From the sequence record ON528736: a DNA stretch of 64,000 bases, one strand, 5' to 3'. Position numbers and translations under genes: made by a program. Numbering within the stretch: position 1 is the first letter of the stretch; each line of letters begins with the position of its first letter. The stretch is from Shigella phage ESh26. Positions 40,412-49,565 of the stretch are shown here, piece by piece. The notes under the pieces were generated by a model, which saw only the letters and a list, made by a program, of their open reading frames with translations, searched no databases and was not told where the DNA came from.

Positions 40412-41380
40412 TTATTTCAGAAGAGTAACCTCAGCGATTTCTTCCCAACCGTTTTTGTCGGTCATAATAAAGTCAGCAAGATAAAGAGCAGTACGCAGTG
40501 AAACATTGCGTAAACGGTTAACATTAACTTTCATCCATGATAATGCTTTATAAGTTTCTTCATCAGAAAGACCGCGCTTTTGCATCATGTCAGTTGAAAG
40601 AATAACATCTTCAACCCTGACCATAATTTCTTCATTAGTGTGAACACCCAAATCTAAATAAACCGAGCGGGACACTAATGCTTGTAAATGTGGAGCAAGT
40701 TTAGTACCACGGTCTAATTCGCGGTCAATGTCAACGTTTGTGATAAAAACAATCGTTCCTTTAAATTCAAACTCACGCTCAATGCCTTTTTCTTCTAAGT
40801 AAGAAGACGCAGTGCTCCAGCAGACTTTACGGGTCTCTCCAGTGTCCAGAGCGGCTTTTAGAAGATTAAGAATGTCCATATCAGAGAAAACATCCACATC
40901 GTCAATCAAAAGGACAGAATTCTCTTCACGATTATTCCAAAGCTGCTCATAAAGACCAATACCAGAGATTTTACCATTAATGCTTTTATATTCAATGTAT
41001 CCAATATCATTTGCTTTATTTAAAGCTTTATCTAAAGAATACGTTTTACCAATACCTGCTGCTCCTGAGATAATTAATGAACGAATATTTCCGTTAATAA
41101 TACCATTCGTCATCATTCCCATAACATTAAATCTTTTATTAATGCGGGTTTTCATATCTTCATACGATTCTTTAACTTCTTCAACTTTTACACCATCATA
41201 TGAAATATCTGATTTGTAAACCCAAACACCGCGACGTTTACCGTCAATTTCAACAAAAACTTTACCATCTCCTTGCGCATCTACCGGAGCATTATCTGGG
41301 AACCATTCGCCTAAGAGCTCAAAAGTTCCAGAGATTTCTTTACCGAAGTAGATACCCTTATTGATAGTTACAGTTTTCAT
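40412..41380 (-). CDS. AAA+ family ATPase
   Basis: Walker A GAAGIGKT, Walker B VLLIDDVDV, sensor-1-like FITN; start at MKTVTINKG after conserved promoter-RBS cassette. Confidence 0.6.
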   Translation of the reverse strand: MKTVTINKGIYFGKEISGTFELLGEWFPDNAPVDAQGDGKVFVEIDGKRRGVWVYKSDISYDGVKVEEVKESYEDMKTRINKRFNVMGMMTNGIINGNIRSLIISGAAGIGKTYSLDKALNKANDIGYIEYKSINGKISGIGLYEQLWNNREENSVLLIDDVDVFSDMDILNLLKAALDTGETRKVCWSTASSYLEEKGIEREFEFKGTIVFITNVDIDRELDRGTKLAPHLQALVSRSVYLDLGVHTNEEIMVRVEDVILSTDMMQKRGLSDEETYKALSWMKVNVNRLRNVSLRTALYLADFIMTDKNGWEEIAEVTLLK

Positions 41381-41412
41381 TTTATTCTCCAAATCCGTAT
41401 CAGTTGATAGTT

Positions 41413-41446
41413 GTATAGTACCATAAAGCTTTATGCTTGTAAACTG
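41413..41446 (-). promoter_or_regulatory. early promoter, cassette copy upstream of AAA ATPase
   Basis: gtaaac 41439-41444, atagta 41415-41420. Confidence 0.6.
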
Positions 41447-41474
41447 TTCTGTGAAAAAATTTTGAAATAAAAAA

Positions 41475-41493
41475 GGGAGCCCGAAGGCTCCCT
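41475..41493 (-). terminator. intrinsic terminator after nucleotidyltransferase gene
   Basis: gggagcc-cgaa-ggctccc preceded by a-run on plus strand. Confidence 0.65.
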
Positions 41494-41494
41494 A

Positions 41495-42508
41495 TCATTT
41501 ATAATAACTTCGGTGGTTTTCAAGATAAACCCTCTCAAGGAAGTCATCCCAGAAACCCATATCTACTTTTTGCTGCATACCGTTCTTAGAAGCTTCAATG
41601 GATGCTGCTTCTACTTGATCGACCACATCTTCCAAAAACTCTTGAACAGTTTTAAATGGATGTTTACCCAACTTCACGTCGAGAATAAATGGAGCGTCTT
41701 GAAGTGGATAGACTAAGTCACCAGTTTTGTAAATTTCCAATAGTTGGAGTCCACCACGACAAGCATGACTCAGAGCTTTCCAGTCAATGCCCTCATTCGC
41801 TTCAGCCTTACGAGCACGTTCGCCGTATTCAGCATCAAGTTTATTCAAAGATTGCTTAAGCTCGATAAGAGAAAGCGTTGTCTGATATTTACGACCCAAC
41901 ACAGTGTAGAACGTTTGTGGACCTGTTTTCTCATGATTATGGAATACCCATTCACAGAATTCGTTTTCTGGAAGACGATGCTTAATATCTTCTACCTTAG
42001 TTCGACGTTGCTTAATAGAACCATCTTCTTGATAATCAACCCATTGCTCAGGGATTTGATTAACTACTTTCAATACATCACGTAATGCGGCCAAACGAGA
42101 ACCCTTAACACCGTATTTAGAAGCTTGCTTGCGAACATATCCTAAATAGGATTTCATGTTAGTTGTATAAAAACGAGAACGATTGTCTTGAATAAACTTC
42201 CATACATCAGGCAAATCAGATTTAACTACCAGTTCAGGTGGAGTATGGAGCATATCCAATGCTACAGTTTCACCATCTGCTGCTAATTTAAAGAAATATT
42301 TAAGACTGTATAGTTCATGGTCAATATCATCTTTAGTGTTTTTAGATGATGTGTTGTTAGTGTTTTTACTCATATGCTCTTTAACATTTCCGATAAGAAT
42401 ATCACGAGCAGGAGGAACAAAGATTTCTTTAAAATCTACATCAGATTCTGGAGTAGAAGTTCCATAAAGATGACTACCAAAATAGCTTTTCATTACTGTT
42501 TTCATCAT
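41495..42508 (-). CDS. Pol-beta-superfamily nucleotidyltransferase
   Basis: 337 aa; N-terminal GSHLYGTSTPESDVDF motif (hG[GS]...DhD); terminator hairpin immediately downstream. Confidence 0.55.
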   Translation of the reverse strand: MMKTVMKSYFGSHLYGTSTPESDVDFKEIFVPPARDILIGNVKEHMSKNTNNTSSKNTKDDIDHELYSLKYFFKLAADGETVALDMLHTPPELVVKSDLPDVWKFIQDNRSRFYTTNMKSYLGYVRKQASKYGVKGSRLAALRDVLKVVNQIPEQWVDYQEDGSIKQRRTKVEDIKHRLPENEFCEWVFHNHEKTGPQTFYTVLGRKYQTTLSLIELKQSLNKLDAEYGERARKAEANEGIDWKALSHACRGGLQLLEIYKTGDLVYPLQDAPFILDVKLGKHPFKTVQEFLEDVVDQVEAASIEASKNGMQQKVDMGFWDDFLERVYLENHRSYYK

Positions 42509-42978
42509 TCAGCCTTATATTCAATAACAGGACATACTTTAGCTTTACGTGCTTTTAAAAATTCGACGATAATAGATTTCTTGGGTTGAATAGGAGGTAA
42601 ACCTTTATACGCTCTATCAATATTTTCTACATGTAAAGCATAATCCTTTTTCCATTTATAATCTTTATATTTTTCATGCAGTTGTGCAGGAATAACAAAT
42701 GAACCAATAATAAGTAAAACAAGCAAAATGGCAAGTATAAATGCTGATGGAATAAGAGTCCATAAACTACCAAAAATAAGCCATTTCTGTATGATTTCTG
42801 CGCAGATAATAGTTAGACCTGCGAGCATAGTACATCCGAATAAAGAAACGAAAAATGTAGGGATAACAATAGACCAAAAATACGCGCACAGTGTCTTAGG
42901 TCGTTTCCATTCGTCGTTAAACATTTTGAATAATTTATAATGCCAAGAGTTTTCATTAATAACCATAATTATAATCAT
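42505..42978 (-). CDS. membrane protein
   Basis: 157 aa, three hydrophobic segments. Confidence 0.5.
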   Translation of the reverse strand: MIIIMVINENSWHYKLFKMFNDEWKRPKTLCAYFWSIVIPTFFVSLFGCTMLAGLTIICAEIIQKWLIFGSLWTLIPSAFILAILLVLLIIGSFVIPAQLHEKYKDYKWKKDYALHVENIDRAYKGLPPIQPKKSIIVEFLKARKAKVCPVIEYKAE

Positions 42979-43496
42979 CCTTTCATTGAAGGTGTAACAG
43001 TTGTTAAATACTTAATCATAGCTTCAGCTTCTGATTTTGATAATGAAATTTCTCCATTGTTTTGACGAATAGAAATAAAATCCGGATGACGGTCACCACC
43101 AGCTTTTAAAATACACATATAAGTATCAGTTTCATCTTCAATATCTGAAATAATTGAAGCAGTTCCACATGAATGTGGTTTTTGATAAATCAATGCAGCT
43201 TTTCTTCCACCGTTTGACTGTTCATAAACTTTTAACACATCAAACAAATCGCTTCTTTTATCAATAGCTAAGATGTTGTTTTCATCTTCAATGTTAAATC
43301 CTTCGGATACTTCATAAAGTGTCACCCATAAATCACCAATATCAATAACAGCGTTCACCTTTCCATGATTTTCAAGCGTATGACAAATTTTCTTAATTTC
43401 ATCATAACTCATTTTAATAATATCATCTCCTTGAATAAGAAAGATGTCATTTTTAAATTCAACACGAATTAAACCACTTCCACTTGAAATAAACAT
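42975..43496 (-). CDS. hypothetical protein, tandem paralog A
   Basis: 173 aa; C-terminus SKSEAEAMIKYLTTVTPSMKG resembles next gene. Confidence 0.5.
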   Translation of the reverse strand: MFISSGSGLIRVEFKNDIFLIQGDDIIKMSYDEIKKICHTLENHGKVNAVIDIGDLWVTLYEVSEGFNIEDENNILAIDKRSDLFDVLKVYEQSNGGRKAALIYQKPHSCGTASIISDIEDETDTYMCILKAGGDRHPDFISIRQNNGEISLSKSEAEAMIKYLTTVTPSMKG

Positions 43497-43502
43497 ATTT
43501 CC

Positions 43503-44069
43503 TCACTTTGAAATCATAGTTGGAATGACAGAATCAAGATAAGTCTTTAGCGCAATAGCTTCGTCTTTAGTAAATGTAACAATATGCGATCGAAAATCGT
43601 CAATTTGACGAATAGTTAAGACATCTCCATCTTCATAGCATTTTGACACATTTAAAACAGTTTCATCATTTTGATCGCACTGATCGCAAGCGTTAGTAAT
43701 AATAGCATTGCAATTTTTGAGCCATTTTAAACTATGTTTTCTTTCATTAGAATAATAAAAATATTTAATGTAAGTTATAAAATTATCCCAATTATTAATT
43801 GATAAACACATTGACTCACTTTTAATATTAAATCCTGGGCATGAAGAATAAAAATGAATTTTGTGCTCATCATTGATGCTTACTATTTTATCAGTATAAG
43901 GATATTCAATTTGGGTTAAATGAATGATTTCACTAGGCATAAAATACAGCATATCGTCTTCTTGTGTCAAACGATACATGTTATTTACTTTTTCTATAGC
44001 CAATTCGCCAAAAAGCGGACTAACTTCTAATACTAATCGTTTCATATTGATTCTCTTCGACTCACTCAC
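43503..44069 (-). CDS. hypothetical protein, tandem paralog B (Cys-rich)
   Basis: 188 aa; C-terminus TKDEAIALKTYLDSVIPTMISK; promoter 44205-44234. Confidence 0.5.
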   Translation of the reverse strand: MSESKRINMKRLVLEVSPLFGELAIEKVNNMYRLTQEDDMLYFMPSEIIHLTQIEYPYTDKIVSINDEHKIHFYSSCPGFNIKSESMCLSINNWDNFITYIKYFYYSNERKHSLKWLKNCNAIITNACDQCDQNDETVLNVSKCYEDGDVLTIRQIDDFRSHIVTFTKDEAIALKTYLDSVIPTMISK

Positions 44070-44204
44070 AATTACATACTCCTTTGAATAATATCAATAA
44101 TGTTGTTCACCAAATTATACGTAAACATTGGGTAATTATATTGAATCATCACATACACAACAAACAAAACTTTCATTCTCTTCTCCTTGGCAGTTGACAA
44201 GATT

Positions 44205-44234
44205 ACTATACCATAACCTTGCCAACTTGTAAAC
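44205..44234 (-). promoter_or_regulatory. early promoter
   Basis: gtaaac 44229-44234, actata 44205-44210. Confidence 0.5.
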
Positions 44235-44399
44235 CATTAAATGACGTTTTCAATAAAATTCTGAAGCTTTGTGTGAGCATCAACCATGATTTTCATTTCT
44301 TCCTTTGCGAAAGCTGTACCTCTTTCCCGAGCAGAATACTCATAGTCAGAAACTGCGTTAGCATATTCTTCAATTAGCTTCATTAAAAACATCTGCTTT

Positions 44400-44594
44400 T
44401 CAGTTTTCATTATTCCACCTAATCATTTCAAGATATTGAACTAACTTAGCTTTGGATTTATCCAAATCCTTTTTAGCTGCTTCTATACCATCGTATGAGT
44501 ATCCTTCACAATGCTCAACTGCCAATTGGTATGAATCTATTTCAATATCACGTGCTAATTTAATGATTTTTTCAAACTGTTCACGTGTTAGCAT
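44400..44594 (-). CDS. hypothetical protein
   Basis: 64-aa ORF. Confidence 0.4.
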   Translation of the reverse strand: MLTREQFEKIIKLARDIEIDSYQLAVEHCEGYSYDGIEAAKKDLDKSKAKLVQYLEMIRWNNEN

Positions 44595-44596
44595 AC

Positions 44597-44836
44597 TTAA
44601 ACTCTCGTATTATGATCGATAATTTCATCAAGAAACATATCTAAAGCTTCTACAGCATTATCAACTTTAGCTTCAAGTTCTTCAGCACCTTTATTTGCAA
44701 TGCCTGCCGAAAACCAAGCAAAGTCACTAAGTTCCTCATCTGCTTTGCGAATTAAAGCTACCAATTCTTTAATTTTATCTGCTTGTTCAATGCTAATCAT
44801 TATTCCACCACATATGAAAGAGAGAATATTGCACAC
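44597..44836 (-). CDS. hypothetical protein
   Basis: 79-aa ORF. Confidence 0.4.
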   Translation of the reverse strand: MCNILSFICGGIMISIEQADKIKELVALIRKADEELSDFAWFSAGIANKGAEELEAKVDNAVEALDMFLDEIIDHNTRV

Positions 44837-44988
44837 GCCATATGAGTTGCAGCTTCATCACACATACTATAGCGTTTCTTAAGAAATTCTACAAGTTCTT
44901 CACTAGTAACTTCATCCATGTCGACGAAAAAATCACCATTAATGATGACGTAGATATTTCCTTCTTGATTAAGTGCTTCAATTTTCAT
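44800..44988 (-). CDS. hypothetical protein
   Basis: Start at MKIEALNQ (GAGGAG RBS); longer ORF contains promoter. Confidence 0.4.
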   Translation of the reverse strand: MKIEALNQEGNIYVIINGDFFVDMDEVTSEELVEFLKKRYSMCDEAATHMACAIFSLSYVVE

Positions 44989-45013
44989 GATGTTCTCCTC
45001 TTTATCCGATAGT

Positions 45014-45048
45014 TGTATAGTATCACAGCTCAAATGGAAAGTAAACCG
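45014..45048 (-). promoter_or_regulatory. early promoter, cassette copy
   Basis: gtaaac 45041-45046, atagta 45016-45021. Confidence 0.55.
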
Positions 45049-45061
45049 GTAAAATGAAAAA

Positions 45062-45079
45062 AGTCTCCCGAAGGAGACT
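45062..45079 (-). terminator. intrinsic terminator after rI.1-position gene
   Basis: agtctcc-cgaa-ggagact with a-run. Confidence 0.65.
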
Positions 45080-45083
45080 AATG

Positions 45084-45470
45084 TTATTCGAGGGAAAGAA
45101 GATATTTGCTCTGGTAAAACATCCCAGTAATATCATCTATCGTGCTTTGAATGGCTGGAGGCATTTCTTTATAAATGCTGTTCGATTGGTCTAGTATGCG
45201 ATCAATCATTTTAATTGTGTCGGTAGGAAGTTTACTGGCATCTGGAATAGAAGGCGTGTATTTTCTACCAGAATACCCCAAATATTGCTCACCAAATTTA
45301 TCAATCAAATCTGGCAACTCAGAGAAAATAAAATCGTATGCTTTGTGTCTAGCATAACTTTTAGTTTCAAAATGTGCAGAATGAAAATAAGCTTGTGCAG
45401 CCATTAATAAACCTAAGTATTCATCTGCCTTTGAAGGTTTTCCACTTTGTGAAAAGTCGCTGAATTTCAT
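45084..45470 (-). CDS. hypothetical protein (rI.1 position)
   Basis: 128-aa ORF followed by terminator hairpin. Confidence 0.5.
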   Translation of the reverse strand: MKFSDFSQSGKPSKADEYLGLLMAAQAYFHSAHFETKSYARHKAYDFIFSELPDLIDKFGEQYLGYSGRKYTPSIPDASKLPTDTIKMIDRILDQSNSIYKEMPPAIQSTIDDITGMFYQSKYLLSLE

Positions 45471-45760
45471 TCAGTCTCCAATTTAATGTTCATAATTCTA
45501 GCGTATGATTGTGCCATCTCCGCGCCTCGCTCTATACATTCAAAATCGGAAGAGCACGGGTCATTTTTATAAGTCGTTCGCATAAAACTATAGAACTGTT
45601 CAGATGATTCTACGCTTTTATTTTCAAAAAGCATATAAACGTGTCTAATACCAGATTCCATAAATTTATCAAAATGAGGATCGACATTCGCTTCAATCGG
45701 TGGAGACAAAGCAAATGCTAATCCTAGCATGGCAAATAGTGCCGTTGCTTTTAAGGCCAT
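45467..45760 (-). CDS. rI: antiholin RI (lysis inhibition)
   Basis: 97 aa; MALKATALFAMLGLAFALSPPIEANVDPHFDKFMESG... matches remembered T4 RI. Confidence 0.85.
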   Translation of the reverse strand: MALKATALFAMLGLAFALSPPIEANVDPHFDKFMESGIRHVYMLFENKSVESSEQFYSFMRTTYKNDPCSSDFECIERGAEMAQSYARIMNIKLETE

Positions 45761-45772
45761 AAAGGCCTCCTA

Positions 45773-45985
45773 TCATTTTTGTCCTGTATTTACTTTATGC
45801 CGATGCACGGCCTTAACTTTATCAAGGTATTTTTCAAAATTTCGCAATCTAGTATAGTCTGCCGGAGATTGGTTGAGTGATACTTCTCGACGCAAAGCTG
45901 AAATGATATTTCCAACTTCCCTACGAATTTCATCTAATTGAAGAACAGTAAGATTGCGAAGTTGCTTTTCAGTTAATTGTAGCAT
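45773..45985 (-). CDS. hypothetical protein (rI.-1 position)
   Basis: 70-aa ORF. Confidence 0.45.
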
Positions 45986-46027
45986 ATATACCCCTTTAGT
46001 TAGATAAACCTATTTATAACTTTTGCA

Positions 46028-46609
46028 CTAACCGAGCTTTTTAGTTAATTCATTCCAATGTTTTCTACACAAAGAAACATAAATTTCATCACCAATACAG
46101 ATTTGATTGCCTTCTTTAACTGGTGTTCCATCTTCCATTAATCGAGCTGTCATAATAGCTTTTTTACCACAATGACAAACTGCTTTTAGTTCAATAAGTT
46201 TATCTGCAATCGCCAAAAGTTCTTTAGAACCTTCAAATAATTTTCCAGCGAAATCAGTCCTTAGCCCATAAGCCATAACAGGAACATTATATGTATCAAC
46301 AATTCGGCTTAATTGATGCACCTGTTCAGTTTTTAAAAACTGGGCTTCATCTACAAATACACAATGAATATCTTTTTGTGCTTCAGCCCATTTATAGAAC
46401 TCAAAAATATCCATATCATCCGTAATAATATTCGCTTCCTGTTTAATTCCAATGCGAGAAACGACTTCACAGACAGAATCGCGAGTATCAATAGCAGGCT
46501 TAAGAACTAATACACCCATTCCGCGTTCTTTATAATTATGCGCAGCAGTCAAAAGAGAAGCAGATTTTCCAGCATTCATTGCTGCATAAGTAAAAATTAA
46601 ACTCGCCAT
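46028..46609 (-). CDS. tk: thymidine kinase
   Basis: 193 aa; P-loop AAMNAGKS; zinc ribbon CHCGKKA...C. Confidence 0.9.
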   Translation of the reverse strand: MASLIFTYAAMNAGKSASLLTAAHNYKERGMGVLVLKPAIDTRDSVCEVVSRIGIKQEANIITDDMDIFEFYKWAEAQKDIHCVFVDEAQFLKTEQVHQLSRIVDTYNVPVMAYGLRTDFAGKLFEGSKELLAIADKLIELKAVCHCGKKAIMTARLMEDGTPVKEGNQICIGDEIYVSLCRKHWNELTKKLG

Positions 46610-46618
46610 ATCACCTTC

Positions 46619-46804
46619 TTAAAGCGTATTCACATAAGCTATTAATTCGTTTTCTTTCTTATCAAACCGATCAGCAAATTCTTCCTGTTGTTCGGGAGAT
46701 AGCGGGCCGTATTCATCATAAAAGGTGTTTGCTTCTGTATGCTCATCTAGAAGTTCATGGATAAGCTCAAACAATTTATCTTTTTGTTCTTTGCTTAGGC
46801 TCAC
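46619..46804 (-). CDS. hypothetical protein (tk.1 position)
   Basis: 61-aa acidic ORF. Confidence 0.4.
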   Translation of the reverse strand: MSLSKEQKDKLFELIHELLDEHTEANTFYDEYGPLSPEQQEEFADRFDKKENELIAYVNTL

Positions 46805-46973
46805 AGTATGTCAATCCCCAAAAGTTTTAAAATGACTCGTTTCTGATTCATAACCGCTACGATTGAATGACCGTTGGGGTCTTTTTGACCCGATCCAATT
46901 ATAAATCCTTTTTGTGCAGAAAGTTCAATCAAAACATCGAGTTCACGTAATAGTTGATATTTTAAATCATCAT

Positions 46974-47186
46974 TCATTTTGGTTTACCTTCTTTAACGAA
47001 ATCAGGATAAGGATAAAATCCTGAATAAAATCCTTCACCTTTATGATTGATGCATCCTTTATTAGAACAATAGCACCAATAATCGAAATCACAAGCCATT
47101 TCATCATTACATAAAGCAAAAACAACCGGCCATTCACACTTTTCGCAGTGGGCATTTTTAAGAATACTAGTTTGGCTCATAACCAT
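46974..47186 (-). CDS. Cys-rich small protein, putative zinc binding
   Basis: HCEKCEW...CNDEMACDFDYWCYCSNKGCINH; start set at internal Met. Confidence 0.45.
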   Translation of the reverse strand: MVMSQTSILKNAHCEKCEWPVVFALCNDEMACDFDYWCYCSNKGCINHKGEGFYSGFYPYPDFVKEGKPK

Positions 47187-47389
47187 GTAACCTTTAAGCA
47201 ATATTCTTCTACGTGCTGTTTACGACCTTTCTTATCAATAAAGGTATATTCAACGAATGTTCCAATATAGTCTTTATCTACATCATGTGGACTATTAATT
47301 GGACATTTAGTACGGCAAATGCGTTCCCATTGACGAATAATTTCCACTTTGTTTTTAGGATCAAACGGATGCGGGTAATGTACTTTCAT
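47177..47389 (-). CDS. hypothetical protein
   Basis: 70-aa ORF. Confidence 0.4.
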   Translation of the reverse strand: MKVHYPHPFDPKNKVEIIRQWERICRTKCPINSPHDVDKDYIGTFVEYTFIDKKGRKQHVEEYCLKVTWL

Positions 47390-47840
47390 AATCCACCACT
47401 ATTAAATCAATATCAGGAGTAAACATGTCGATTAATTTAGAAACCTTATCCCAATCGCCGCCAGCAATACCGCAACCTATGCGTGGAATGTAAATTACTG
47501 GTTTAAACAAAAGGGTTTCTGCCTGTAGATTTAATTCTATCATGCAGTTTACTAAAGCACCATAATCAAGATTAGGACCCGGTTCGTATTGCGTATACAA
47601 ATTATAGCACATACTAAATCCTGTAGGATTATGTTTAAAAACAATAGACATATCGCCTAATTTATCACGAGAACCGTACTCGGTAGTGGTTTTATCTATT
47701 TCTAAAATTTTGGGATAGGCTCTTGCTAATTGACCTGCTACGCCAGAGCCCATTGTGTGAAAGCAATTGCACCCGTGCGCAATAATATTACCTTGAAGAA
47801 ATAGGGCGACAATATCGCCCTTGATATATTTTACAATCAT
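47361..47840 (-). CDS. macro-domain-like protein (ADP-ribose binding/processing)
   Basis: 159 aa; IKGDIVA...IIAHGCNCFHTMGSGVAGQL and IYIPRIGCGIAGGDWD resemble macro motifs. Confidence 0.5.
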   Translation of the reverse strand: MIVKYIKGDIVALFLQGNIIAHGCNCFHTMGSGVAGQLARAYPKILEIDKTTTEYGSRDKLGDMSIVFKHNPTGFSMCYNLYTQYEPGPNLDYGALVNCMIELNLQAETLLFKPVIYIPRIGCGIAGGDWDKVSKLIDMFTPDIDLIVVDYESTLPASV

Positions 47841-48178
47841 CTAGTACTCAATCCTCGATTATAAGAATCTACTAAACGGTCAACCATTGAATGACAAGCG
47901 GCTTTATCTTTCTCCTCCGCAACTGAACATTCTAAGGTATTCCACTTTTTAGCATATCGTTTTAACAATGTATCATTTTTGTATCTGCTTGATTTATCTC
48001 TTTCTCCGTCTTTATATGCATATATTAATTTCTGTGCAAATTCAGCTTGGCATGCTTTATTTTTCCCACAATAATCCGCGGCGGTACGGTTTACATACTC
48101 TCTAATTTCAGTATATGATGTATCTGCTAACGCAGAAAATGAAATTAATCCTATACATAAAACCAAAATTTTAGTCAT
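47837..48178 (-). CDS. secreted/periplasmic protein
   Basis: 113 aa; signal peptide MTKILVLCIGLISFSALADT; paired cysteines. Confidence 0.5.
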   Translation of the reverse strand: MTKILVLCIGLISFSALADTSYTEIREYVNRTAADYCGKNKACQAEFAQKLIYAYKDGERDKSSRYKNDTLLKRYAKKWNTLECSVAEEKDKAACHSMVDRLVDSYNRGLSTR

Positions 48179-48716
48179 TTACTATTTCCAAAAGTTTATT
48201 ATTTTTAAGGTAATTAGCCTTTTCTAGGACTTCAGAAGCATATTTAGAACCTGCTTTAACATTCCATCCCGAATTATAAGAGGATATTGCTTTTCTTATA
48301 TCACCCTTATGTATATTTAACCAATAAGAAAGTTCAATGTACGCCCAGGAAGCTGAATTGGACCGTTTATTCAACATTCTTTTTATTTCAGCATCGGTCA
48401 TATTATAACCAAGTTCCTTGACTCTCGCTCGCATAGTAGGCAAATAATTTTGGAACATTCCATAGGCATGATGCTTTGGTTTAGATTTTAAATTAACTCC
48501 GGCAGAGCTTTCTTGCCATAAAATAGCAGCCATTATATGACCCAATCCGCTCTTGTGGATATTTTTGTGTGTTTTATATTTTCCATCCTTAGAAAATTGT
48601 TCCCCGAATTGATATGCGTAGCGCATGTTATCGAGTTGGACATTACTGAAAGTATGCTCGGAGCTATGTGCCATCATTGAAATGGCCAATAGACCAGCGA
48701 GTAGTGCTTTTCTCAT
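48171..48716 (-). CDS. secreted lytic-transglycosylase-like protein
   Basis: 181 aa; signal peptide; SLT-like WQESS, YGMFQN, SSYNSGW. Confidence 0.55.
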   Translation of the reverse strand: MRKALLAGLLAISMMAHSSEHTFSNVQLDNMRYAYQFGEQFSKDGKYKTHKNIHKSGLGHIMAAILWQESSAGVNLKSKPKHHAYGMFQNYLPTMRARVKELGYNMTDAEIKRMLNKRSNSASWAYIELSYWLNIHKGDIRKAISSYNSGWNVKAGSKYASEVLEKANYLKNNKLLEIVND

Positions 48717-48723
48717 GCTTACC

Positions 48724-49185
48724 TCATTGAGTTTTAATTACTGCTTTAGAAGCCTTTCCTGGTAAACGACGACTGTTGATAATTGCCATCCTACATTGAA
48801 GCGACGGGTCTTTGAACTTCGCATTAGGTTTACAAACTGTAAATCCAAGCCAAAGATTTCCATCTGTGATTTCTAAACGTCCAGGGCGATATTCAACCCC
48901 ATCAATAAAATCCTCGTCAATGTCAGGACGCGGAGGCATACTCAGGAATTCATTAACTTCTAAAACATGGTCTTTTATTTTGTGGAATAATTCAAAAACA
49001 TATGTCTCATCAATCTCCCGTTGAATTGCACGATCAAGAAGATGCTGAGAATATTTTAGATGAAACGATGAGACCCCTGCTGCTTTTGATGCCTCACGAA
49101 TCTCATTGTTAATTTGACGAAACTCCGACTCAAAGTGACGACGAAGCTTATTTCGACGGATAAAAACTTCTGTGTTGATAGTCAT
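48724..49185 (-). CDS. regB: endoribonuclease RegB
   Basis: 153 aa, T4 RegB size and position; early promoter 49213-49242. Confidence 0.7.
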   Translation of the reverse strand: MTINTEVFIRRNKLRRHFESEFRQINNEIREASKAAGVSSFHLKYSQHLLDRAIQREIDETYVFELFHKIKDHVLEVNEFLSMPPRPDIDEDFIDGVEYRPGRLEITDGNLWLGFTVCKPNAKFKDPSLQCRMAIINSRRLPGKASKAVIKTQ

Positions 49186-49212
49186 GTTATTCTCCTCTTA
49201 ACTGATAGAAAA

Positions 49213-49242
49213 ATTATACCACAGTCAAGAGGAAAAGTAAAC
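49213..49242 (-). promoter_or_regulatory. early promoter upstream of regB
   Basis: gtaaac 49237-49242, attata 49213-49218. Confidence 0.55.
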
Positions 49243-49244
49243 AG

Positions 49245-49565
49245 TTATTCTTTAAATCTAATCAATTTATTCATAGACTTTGAAACTTCTGCACGGACCT
49301 CATGTAGGTTTTTAAGCTGTTCAAGACGCTGCTCATAGTAAGCAATTTCATCTTCTTCGAGACAGTCCTGTGAATCTTCTTTAAGATAACGTGCATAATC
49401 CTGGAAAGCTTTACGGACTACTTCTTGGAAGTCATCAAGACTTTGAATTTTCTTAGGAGCAACAGATACACGACGAGGGGCAGTATAATACTCATAACCA
49501 AACCCTGCGCTTAATTGAGCCATTAATATTTTTCCTCTGGTTGGAACACAGCACGACAAGCCCAC
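49245..49565 (-). CDS. hypothetical protein (vs.x)
   Basis: 106-aa ORF. Confidence 0.45.
   Translation of the reverse strand: MGLSCCVPTRGKILMAQLSAGFGYEYYTAPRRVSVAPKKIQSLDDFQEVVRKAFQDYARYLKEDSQDCLEEDEIAYYEQRLEQLKNLHEVRAEVSKSMNKLIRFKE

Noticed and set aside
41381-41392. Upstream start (MENK...) for the AAA ATPase
   Set aside because: Conserved promoter-RBS cassette places the start at ATG 41380
46970-47155. 61-aa ORF in alternative frame
   Set aside because: Overlaps the Cys-rich ORF 46974-47186 on the same strand; the Cys pattern favours the other frame
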